DNA of 49,146 nt, taken from Paraglomus brasilianum (lineage: Eukaryota). Both the position numbers and the translations under genes were made by a program. Shown here in pieces: positions 38,762 to 49,146 of this stretch. A model generated the notes under the pieces. The model saw nothing but the letters and a program-made list of their open reading frames with translations, had not been told where the DNA came from and did not search any database. The DNA is taken from positions 1-49,146 of the forward strand of contig CAJVPI010000145.1 in NCBI GenBank assembly GCA_910592345.1, given 5' to 3'. The stretch's first letter is position 1. Each line of letters opens with the position of its first letter.

Positions 38762-40382
38762 TTAAAATTTTGTGAGCGCCCCGGCTTCAGAGCAGTCTTC
38801 AAGCACATTCTTCAATAATTCACACCTGCGCTTGAACATGGAAAACCATTTTTCTAATTCCTCTCGAGAAAGCTTTGTAACAAAATTCTGAAATTTAGCA
38901 TCATCTTCAATCTGGTCAGCGAATCCCGCACCCTGTTCAGAAAAGACGCCATTAGCACCCGTTTGTAACAAGGGCATAATAGGACGTTGCCCGGAAATCA
39001 TGGACGGAATAGTCAACGGAAATTGTGGACTAGTTGGTGTAATCGGCGAACAGTCGTCAATATCTGCGCATCCACCATCACTTCCATTTCCAGATGGATT
39101 GTTTGCCCCCCAATCGCGACGGCGACGTTGGATCTTTGCTTTTCTCATTGCAACTGGACGATCGCGGTTGTGTAATTTAGCGTAGAGACCACAGGCATTG
39201 CAGATAGGTTGACCCTTTTCGTTCTTGCGCCAAAGCGGTGTTTGAGTTTGATCGCAGTTTACACATCGAGGGGACTCGGATATAGGACTACTCGCCAAGG
39301 ATGAAGATTGAAGTTGTTGCGCTTGCCGGGGTACCTGAGGTGGTTGCAAGTAAGGTGTGGTACTGGCTGACGAAGTGGGAGATGCGACATCATTGTTCAT
39401 GCTGTTGTTGCTGCCGTTACTAGAGGTGGATGACGAAGAGGAAGAAGAGGATTTTCTGGACGTGGTGAGATTGTACGGTCCGCTGGCTGCGCTTGGCTTG
39501 TTACGGATATGTAGTGGGCGATGAGTATTGTATTGTTTGTAGTAGAGACCACACGCATTGCAGAGAGAATGCATGCGATCAGGAGTGCGTCGCCATAGAG
39601 GGGTTTTCGTTACACCGCAGTTGAAACATTCGAGTTGGCGTGGCGGTTTATTGCTAGTGTGTTTCTTTGAGTTGGTGCGTTTCGTCGGTGGTGGAGTTAC
39701 ATCTGATGGTTGGACTATTTGGTGCATGTTTGGCGACGGTGGAGGAGATGAAGGGCCTGGTTATTTATGGATGATCAACCGAAATTAGAGATTTTTTTTA
39801 TAACAGTCAAACAGACTATATATATGTGTGTGTGTGTTACTTACTCGATGTACGTCCACATTCTGTCTGTTCTGGTTTAATGTATCCTTCTTTCAATAGG
39901 CCGGTGTTGATGGTATTTGCATCGTTCATATATCCAGTAGCGTAATATGTATAATACCCATCATCCAATCCATTTAACATCACATCCTCTTGGCCATTCG
40001 CGAAACTACCGCTTCCAAGCTCACCATCGCCATAAGGACTGTTTACTGGGGAGTCTAAACGCTCAGGCGAAAGGTTGCCTTCTTCGGTGGGGCTTGGTAG
40101 CATTACATCACTTTCCACGAACAAATCGTTATCCATCCATTGGATAGACTGTATCGACGAAGCATTGCCAAATGATGTTCCACTCAAAAAGAGCTGGAGT
40201 TTGTCTTCCGAGTCGAAAGTCATGAGGTCGTTATCGGATAGTGATTCCGGGGAAGTTGTGAAGGCAGTATACGGGATTTGAACTGATAGACCCTTATCTT
40301 CGGGATCCCTTCCCGATGCGCAAATGGCTTGGATATGCGGAGAAAAGAGGAAAGAGCCAGGTGTGAATTGATTTGGTCCCAT
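38762..40382 (-). CDS. Two-zinc-finger GATA transcription factor, one intron (~39759-39843)
   Basis: Fingers CFNCGVTKTPLWRRTPDRMHSLCNAC and CVNCDQTQTPLWRKNEKGQPICNAC. A GTAAGT donor and CAG acceptor join ORFs 39837-40382 and 38762-39727 in frame. Confidence 0.93.
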
Positions 40383-41799
40383 TTTTAAAGTAAATATTAT
40401 GAATTAAATAAAGTGAAAAAGTACAGTGGTTTATGGAAAAAGTTGTTGTCGATGAAGATTTGTTTGTTTTGGAGTTGAAACAATAATAATTATATATTAT
40501 CTAGCTCTTTTTTTTTGGATTGGAAATTTTTACGGCCTTTTACTTTCAGTGCAGCTGGGGCTTTATAATGTCACGTGAATAATAAATAATGATGAATTTG
40601 ATTCGCTGATATAAAAAATTTTCTGTTCTTAATAGTTCAATCAACGTCGTTGCCTACGTGGTTCCCTCCGAGCATATAAAAATAATTCATGGTGTGTGGA
40701 AACAGTCCAATAGTTATAAACTCTTTAAAATGACCAAAATACCGAGTGCTCAACAGAAGAACATGGTATCCAAAGGTTGTAGGATAAATAAATAAATAAT
40801 AATAACAAACAATAATATAAATAGGAAGATGATACGTCTACTATTAAAGACAAATATGAGAGGTATTATAATAAACCAGAGTTGGCGGTCTGCACTTAGT
40901 TCGGTTGTATTAGAGTAGGAAGTGGTATGCACTTACTCGCAGCTGCTTTTTTGTTCGTAAGCTAACCCAAAGGTCTTGGAGTTCTTTAGCTTTCACCGCT
41001 TGTATTTTTATATTTAAAAAAGAGGTATATTGTACAAGGATGTAGGGTTAGGGTGTGAGGGAGAAAAGGTGGGGTGCAATTTAGCATACCGGAAAAGAAC
41101 CAATTATATTTTATTCTACGTGTGATACTTTTGGCGTATTTTAGCTGTATTTTATTGGTTAATAAAGACCTGTATCACTTTGATGATATCATAGACGCAA
41201 TGGCCGGTAAATAAACCACAAAGTTATTTCGAGACATCACATAAATCGAATTTGGGCACAAGCGCACATCTTATATCCGTCAGTCCTCACGAATATCTCT
41301 GTATTTGGAATTCTTGTGTTGTGAGGCTATAGTTCTCATTAGAGTAAAAGGGATTTAAACGTGGGTAATAATTGACAAGGATGGGAAGAAGATTGCGACG
41401 AATTGAGAACAGAATGTCTGTTACAAAGAAGACGTGCGCATGTCACTGGCAGACGAATTCGACATGTATATAGATTTAGTTTAGCCATTGTTTAGAATTC
41501 TTCTTAGTAAAATGGAATGCTTTTGGTAAGAAACAAAAGAGTCGCCATGAAAATAGTTAGATGTGTAACAATAAGCAAACCGTTACAATAACGATAATAA
41601 TAATTATAATAATGATTATTATATTTTACTTTCCCACGGATTTTAGCTTACATATTGTTACATTATCTAATAGACACAACAAATTGTTTGATTAAATTAC
41701 CAAATTTTGCAACACATGAATCAGCAAGTAATATTAAAAATACTTGGGTTTTCCTATGCCAAATATACTTTGAGAACGCCATTCTTTTTTGATGCTTTT

Positions 41800-44596
41800 G
41801 ATAAGCCATAATTGTCAGTCTGTCAACCATTCCACTAAACTGTTTACTCACTTTGTAACCCCAAACACACGGAACTCATCCCCGTTGGGATCGTACGACG
41901 CTGCGAGATAAGATAACCATATGTAGGAGAATATAGTACACAAACGTGACCTACCTTCGTATTTACCCGATGCACACGCTAAGCCTGACAACAACGCAAC
42001 GCCCATGAGCAAAAAAAGAAGAGTGTAAAACGTGTGTCTGTATATATCCCGAGACCGAACGGAAGTTATCTTTTAACGACTACGACAAGTCTGAACATCG
42101 TACCATTGGTTTCTATCCAATTTAGACAGCTGGTTCTAAGTAGAAGGGTTTGTTAAACAAATGTGCATGACAAAAAAAAAAAAAGGTACAAACCATATTT
42201 ATTAAGAATTGGGAAATGGGAGAGCTGTGACCTGTCAATTTGAAAGGTTTCCAACCATAATAAAGCCACTTAATAACAGAGATAGCACAGACGGAATTAC
42301 TTGGAATAAATACTACAATAATAACAATAATAGCCATTCAATTAATATACTTTTTATGATAGAATGCGTTTGTATGTGGCTCATTGTTAAAGTCTGCTAT
42401 CTATGCAAAAGTGCGAATGAACAAGTTTATGTGTACGCCAATTGCGTAACCATGTGATTTTCTCTGCAGATGCAAAAAGTTTTTTCCATAATCAATTTGG
42501 TTGTGTACTATAACGGCGCATTTAGTTGATAACAGCACAATGCAATAAATTTATAGTAAACGCAAAAGATGTCTGTGTAAAAAACATTGCCTTAATTTTT
42601 TCCATGAACGTTTTCCGTCCTTTTTTTTTTTTATTTCCCATTGTAGGAATTTCATCGACGTTGGCGCATTCTTTGGCGCATATTTCCTCGAAACATCTCA
42701 CAGCACATTAGACCATGACGGTCCAGACTTCTTTGTTGACATTCATGTGTATGGTATGGTTAGTTTTCACTCCATGTACAGGGAATTGAACAGTAAATAG
42801 AAGAGTAAATAACGAAATGGTGCCACTATTAAATTGGATTGTGCGACAATAACCCCGTCGTTCTTCCGTTTTGCATCCGACATTAGCCATAAACTTTAAA
42901 TGAACAAATCATATTATTTACAATGAAATTCATTGTTACTTTCTTTCTATTCTTTCGTCCTATTTTCGCTCGTTAGCTATTGTCCCATATCCACATATTA
43001 TAATACACATGTATTACCTTCACGTGATTAATAAACTAATACAGGTTATATTAATTTTCGCTTTTGCCCTTATCTTGGAATTAGTATTTAATATACGATA
43101 GATACAATGCGTCGTAGCGTCATACAATGTGTTTTGCTTGTTGTGAGAGTCTAGATAAGGAGTTCTTTCCCAATTTTCCAAAAAGAAAAAAAAAGAAGAA
43201 AAAAAAAGCCAAATTGACTAAATAGACATTGCAATCGATTCACCGAGACAGATATGGGATGGTGTTGTAACACGATCACATTTCCATATACGTACATTAC
43301 GTAATAGTACCGGATACTACGTAATTTGTGTCGTTATGATATTTCTATATTCCGATCGTCGACAGGATTGCATAGGGGGTCACGCTCTGCGACGACAACT
43401 TGTCTTGAATGACACATAGTTTGACACATACACAAGAATACTGTGTACGAGTCGATTACTGCATAAACGTTGAGTATGGTGATGTTCAAATGCCACGTGC
43501 TGCCATCGCTATAGACCGAGGACATGCGGTCTTGCATGGCTTCACCACATGAATGGAATATGTTCAATGCGCTTCTCTAGAGGTTGGAGATATGGAAACG
43601 CAACGAGACTGGATTGAAATAAATGGACAGTAACAATATCGTTTGAAACGATGGGGTGTCATTGGTTGTAAAATATCATTGAAATTAAGTGCAAGATAAG
43701 CTTATTAATGTATGACATTAATTTAATTCTGAGACAATGACGACACTGTTCGTGGGAGAGCGTCATAAAATAAAATATACAAGTTACTCGGCAAACACTA
43801 CAGGATAGCAAGTAAAATTACTCTAATTACTCTGATACACCATCCATGTGACTTGACAGTCTGGAAATGGCGGGTATGACCGACAAAGAAAAGGGCGACA
43901 TTTCGGCTCATTCACCCTGCACGGTTACCGCATAGTTGCCCTTGACACTATCAGAGATAAGACAACGAAAATCTATGGCGTTCTGATAAGCTTATCAGTT
44001 GGACAAACATTGTGCCGTGTGGCAACGAACTTGTAGCGTTGATTGGTTACAGAAATCAAGAATGGAAACTATTTCACGTGAAAGAATCGATGATGTTATG
44101 AAACACATTCCACTGAGAAATATTGATCGTCCCAAATTTAATTGTTTTCGTCACAATATTTCTTATTTTGTATGCGCATTTACAGACTTTTCCTAATCGG
44201 TGCCGTTGGTTTTACAGCAGGTGCGATAAGATAAGATATTTCCCCTATTTACGACGATCAAGTTGTTCATGATACACTTTTTCTTTGTTTATAGCATCAC
44301 TTGTTGTTGATGATATGAATAAATGAATAATTTAATATCAACAACAGTAAACAAAGGGTTACATAATAAGACGTCGTTTCAATTATAACTTATAAATACA
44401 TATACAATAGTATGATTGTGTGATAATGATTTTATTGTTCTGTTTATTTGCAATGTGTGTGGTGTAATTGTTATCTCCTCTTAGTCACTTTGATGACATT
44501 CCCATGATATTAGAGCGTATGACATTTAATCATATGCAATCTTATCAACCACATATGCAATCTTATCTTATCTTGTTACACTTTATTATTCTTATC
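41800..44596. promoter_or_regulatory. Cluster of GATAAG/CTTATC GATA-factor sites
   Basis: 14 sites counted by hand (41800, 41907, 43069, 43154, 43695, 43956, 43985, 43991, 44225, 44230, 44541, 44562, 44567, 44591), including the palindrome CTGATAAGCTTATCAG. Confidence 0.6.
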
Positions 44597-45500
44597 TCGA
44601 GACTCACAACAGCGAGTGCAACCAGGCTTTATTAGCTTAACAACGCTACTATAAATATAAATATAAACAAATATAACAATAAACCATAGTGATATATCAA
44701 TTGCCAACACAATAATTAATGCCGCATAAAGCCGAAGTCATCTGCCTTCCAAAGACTCTTTCCCTTCTCTTTCTATGGTCATCGCTTTTTATATCATAAA
44801 AATCACACGACTCTCAAATTACAAATACTACGCTTGTCATTATTCATTATTGCTCCCATGATCATGCATGCAATGCGTCTATTAAGCATGTAGCTGCGAC
44901 TTTGTGGTTCTGTAGCTTTTTGCTCTGACTAATCACTTTTTATAATAGTTCACATGAACAGAAACATGACCCCTCCCCTAAAAAAAAAAAAGAGGATGGA
45001 CCTCGTTAAAGTATGGGAAAAGGGGGGGCGCCATGGGCAGATAGAACCCAAGGCGGTGTTTTCTTATTGTCGGAAATAACTGCATGAATGGGCATGCGGC
45101 ATGGTCCGTCAACGTTTCATTATTCAGTAAACAAAATAAGTAATCATACATCACAAGCCACGAATGATCTCTTGTCATCGTACATATTTTAACATGTTTA
45201 GTAAAGCCGTTTACGTCCCATTCGCACGTCAATGAGTCATTGGTGGCGGAATTACTCAGTTTCAAGCAAACAAATCCCTTTGCTCAGAAAGTTCTACGTC
45301 ACACAGCTTCGCGTTTATGGTCGCTTATCACTCAATTAATCTCACCCAAGAATACAAGTCAATTGGGATATCTTCTGTTTGGAATGTTTGCTTCATTCAA
45401 AAGACTACCGATTTCATATACAGGATGTAAACTGGAAATTGTCTTGTGCATTATCTTTAGTAATCTTTTTAATGTTCTTTCTTATTGATCAAAAAGAATG

Positions 45501-45570
45501 GGGGTTGTTGCCAAGTGGTAAGGCGAAGGACTTTGACTACCATTTTTAGTTCCGAATTTTCTTAACCTAC
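45501..45570 (+). pseudogene. Degenerate organellar/bacterial-type tRNA-Gln(TTG)
   Basis: GGGGTTG-TT-GCCAAGTGGTAAGGC (D-arm), anticodon loop CT-TTG-AC, a degenerate T-loop GTTCCGAAT, and a 3' acceptor strand TAACCTA. The anticodon and T stems no longer pair. Confidence 0.6.
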
Positions 45571-45740
45571 TGTACCTTCAACGTATCAAATTAATATTGT
45601 TCTTTAAATATTTTGGGAATCAGAACTGAGTTTTAAAAGCCAATTTACTGCATACTCAAAGATTTGATTGTGACTTCTTTTTTTTTTTTCATTTGGAAAA
45701 CCTTTCATGGTTTGTCTGCCATGTCTATAACGCGCCCATC

Positions 45741-45915
45741 GGAATAATTGGAGATTTATACTGGATAATTACTCTTCAGAGTGATTCGAGATTTATACGG
45801 GCGGATAACGGGCGGATAATTACTCTTCGGGGTGATTGGAGATTGATACAGTGGATAATTACTCTTCGGAGCGATTGGAGATTTATACGGTCGAACAATT
45901 ACTCTTCGGGAGTGG
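45741..45915 (+). repeat. Degenerate ~39-bp tandem repeat, about 4 copies
   Basis: A unit like GGATAATTACTCTTCGGAGTGATTGGAGATTTATACAGT is repeated; AATTACTCTTC occurs four times. Confidence 0.85.
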
Positions 45916-46775
45916 TTGAATATACGGAAGACAGGATAAGATATTGCATCTGAACGCATGTATTGTAACACAGACAGTCAGCTTAACCCTGAGTATTGGC
46001 CGGGGCGTTATCCAGTGCGGTCCTGGGGGACGGCCCTGGTTTGCGGATCACCACTTAGTTTAATAATAATTGAGGCCTTCTTAGTATCGGCATTGGTGTC
46101 GCATATTCCTTAGCTATACGTATGTAGAAGCTACTTGCATAGTTAACTATTGTTGTCAGTTCTCTTCATTTTAACCGTTGTAGTCCTTGCCGAGTCAAAT
46201 CAAATTGACGGCTTATGGCCTCTACCGACTGGGAGAATTCTCGAAACGTCGTTTGAAACCATTGATTTCGACTAGGCAAAAGACAATATCAGAATAGATA
46301 AATTAAATATAAAATGACCATTATCCGCGTATATTTTTCGACGCGTGCCTGAATTATATTACGGCTGTGAAAGAAATTTCCCTACAAAATGCAACGAAGA
46401 TGTTCTTGTAGCATGCACGATTGACTAATGTTTAATGGTGAATTAAAGTCCTTATTGGAAAAGGCTAGGAATCAAGACCTTATTATGCGAAAATGCTGTT
46501 GATCACATGGCTCCGGCGTTTGGTAATAACTTGCCAAACATTTTAGCAGCAGTTTTCGTTAATCTATAATTATTCCATTTTATACATATTTTTAACCCGT
46601 AATAAGTTTTCTAATTTTTTTCTCGTCAAAAGTATCACATACACAATAAAATAAATATCAACAGAAAACTTTAACATCTGTCACATAGATAGTCCAATTA
46701 AACAGATAAAGAGAGAGAATTTACTAATATAAAGTTCTTACTTTAAAGGTTGTTGTCTAGATGTAAATGAGTTGA

Positions 46776-46950
46776 CTAGTCAGTAACAAATGAACCTATT
46801 CGACCTTGTTTTTGCCTTGCGATACCATGCAATTTCACCTTTCTCTTCAATGCGCGAAAAGATTCAAGTTCATTGCAATTCATTTCTATATCACCCTGTT
46901 GAAGGAAGTTGAATGCCGTTTCAAGTGCGACTGCTGCGTCAGTTAGGAAG
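46776..46950 (-). pseudogene. Possible C-terminal remnant of a pogo/Tigger (CENP-B-like) transposase
   Basis: DAAVALETAFNFLQQ...ELESFRALKRKV...QKQGRIGSF resembles the helical tail and KQxxIxxF end of Tigger-type proteins. No DDE domain is seen. Confidence 0.4.
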
Positions 46951-49007
46951 AAATAAATAACTATAGTTGAAATAAATCGTATGATTCTCATCTGCTACAG
47001 CCAATCACTATTCTAATTTTTGATCATGTGGAAACTCTCTGTATAAAGATACATATTAGATTTCGTTATAACGAAGGAATTTTATTAAGTTCAAAACGAG
47101 GAAGCAATAATTACTTCGGTAAAACAAAAATTCGGTTTAACGTAAGTAATTTTTAGACTGCAACAAAACCGGACAAAGTGAACGTTGGCAGGCATATAAT
47201 CTGATATAACTTGGAAGATTGCATTCCGTGACTGATGCAATGTATGTGATTACATCACAGATCAAAAATAGTTTCCGCGCGGTAAGAAGTAATACGCGAG
47301 TTTTTTAAGAACAATTCCTCTTGGTCACTACTTTCGTTTCTTCAGCACAGAAAAGGAGTCGACAGTTTTACATACAACAAAGCAAAGGAGCATCAACTGT
47401 ACAAGATCACTCTGGCTGTGTTATCTGAAGACAATGATCAGGCCCGGGTCAAGTGTTACCGATTGATGTATAGGGTGGGCAGGTTCAAGGACTAGAATAT
47501 GTGATGGAAATCATTTACTTCCTCTAACATATAATAACAAAGGAGACTCTGGACCCTGGTTACTACCATATTCGGGTGTTATATAGTGATGGGAAATGTT
47601 GTGAGATGATAACAGTGCAACACACACAACACACACTGAGTAGAGATCTGCTTTTGCATAATTGCATGCATGAAGTTATACCTCACATACTTCCTTTGGT
47701 GGGGTGTCCTGGACTTGCACAAGGAGAATGTCCTGATCTGCCTTGACTTATGAAATAGCCCACTTACACTGTATCTTTGAAGAAGAATGGCCCTTCTGTT
47801 GCCATATTAGGAAAAGAGTTTATGGCACGTGTTTGAATCAACAATCATCAGAGAGCAATTGATCATTAACTCTTTATCTTGGGATTTAACTTCCCACCCT
47901 TGCTCACTCAAGTGAAGATGGAATAATAATAACTTCCAACCGTTGCAGTACTGTAAAACTTGTTCAGCATAAAATAAAATGCATACCCTCCTCAAATTAT
48001 AGCCTTTGAGTAAAGTTCTTGTTCCGTCTATACATAAAATACTAAGATTCCTGTTTGTTTGATCTCTATGAACGCACTGTGGTCTGAAATGGCAACTGAC
48101 CATATTAATATATGATCATTGTTTCGTTACCGTTATCAATAATGACAATGATTGATGATGATAACAATAAAAAATTATTCCAGTAATACTTTATAATTCA
48201 TGATTACTAGCATATTCTTGCACCTTTTTATATGTTGAGATATTATGTACAACTGTCAATTATTATTATTATTATTATCTCAGAAGACTATATTTGACTA
48301 GTAATAGGCTAACAAAATGTTTTAGATCTATGTCTATTTCCACTTGACCATCTTATGACATTTCTTTTATTGTACTTGACCAAATTTTGGGATGTATATT
48401 TAAGCTTTATTTAATAATGGTTCATACAGTAATGTGAGACTGAAGCACAGGTAGTAATAAAGCTCAAATGAATCTCCCCCAAAATTAACTAATGTTTAAC
48501 TGAGTATAGACAAGGATAAGAATGTGGTACTTCTACAGAATAAATATAATCTGTTGTTCAGCTGAATTGTCAATAGTGATATTGTGTAACTGGCATAAAA
48601 GCAAGATTATATTATATATCTTTCAATAAGAGTTGAGAGGCCATCTTATACAGATCTTGAGAATACTGAGATAGACAAGGGTTTACAAAGTTCAAATGAA
48701 CGAGAAAAGAATTCTTATATCAAAGATACAGCAATATACAATGTGTACAGTATGAAGGAAAAATATACTTCTGCAAATACACCCCCCCGACAAACTTACA
48801 AGTATGGTGGGGTTTCAATTTTCAAGGGGAAATCATTACTATTACTGAAAATATCAATGATCAGCTATATTAATTTTATTCAAAAATCGTTTCAGGAACT
48901 GTTCTTTTTTTTTAATGGCAAATTCTGCCTGTTGTCCATCCAATCCCTTCCTATTACTATAGCAATCCATAAATCGTTTGGACTTTAGTGCATATTTTCG
49001 TATTATA

Positions 49008-49120
49008 CACAGTGGCTCTCGATAAGATGATGTCGTCAGGCCAGATCAAAAGGATCATATTATCGAGCATTCATTATATCGAGCGTTCTCGTTATAACGA
49101 AAGCCATTGTTATAACTGAT
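49008..49120 (+). mobile_element. Probable terminus of a pogo/Tigger-like element running off the window
   Basis: CAGTGGCTCTCGATAAG at 49010 is followed by repeated TATCGAG (about 49061 and 49077) and CTCGTTATAACGA (49088), typical of pogo-type subterminal motifs. Confidence 0.45.
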
Positions 49121-49146
49121 TTGGGCCCAGGAAAAAGCATCATATT

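Noticed and set aside
40400..45490. Numerous 60-95 aa ORFs upstream of the GATA gene
   Set aside because: Low-complexity AT-rich translations with no domain signal or consistent exon structure.
45741..45915. Possible CRISPR-like array
   Set aside because: The whole units are similar, with no unique spacers and no cas genes; it is an ordinary minisatellite.
45998..46060. HDV-like ribozyme
   Set aside because: A P1-like pairing with a mismatch is possible, but I could not assemble P2/P3/P1.1.

Overview
AT-rich eukaryotic nuclear DNA with short spliceosomal introns. Gene content and style suggest an early-diverging fungus, probably Mucoromycota (inference). Intact or near-intact genes are a PP2A B56 regulatory subunit, RICTOR/Avo3, GDP-mannose pyrophosphorylase, a Red1/ZFC3H1-like zf-C3H1 protein with an apparent frameshift in a C9 run, an MKT1-like XPG-family protein, OST3/6, PIG-P/GPI19, an intron-containing MscL channel and a two-finger GATA factor. 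The most notable material lies between the genes. The first ~2.2 kb is a decaying IS607-type element: a serine recombinase (TnpA) remnant overprinted by the N-terminus of a Fanzor2/TnpB RNA-guided nuclease. Its RuvC catalytic motifs and zinc finger are intact, and it is followed by a candidate omega-RNA region. A second, much more decayed and divergent Fanzor2 fossil, not called by the ORF track, lies at ~10.55-11.22 kb. Also present are pogo/Tigger-like transposon remnants, a dense GATAAG cluster upstream of the GATA gene, an organelle-type tRNA-Gln relic next to a tandem repeat, and a strongly CpG-depleted block near the right end. All calls come from manual reading; no searches were run.
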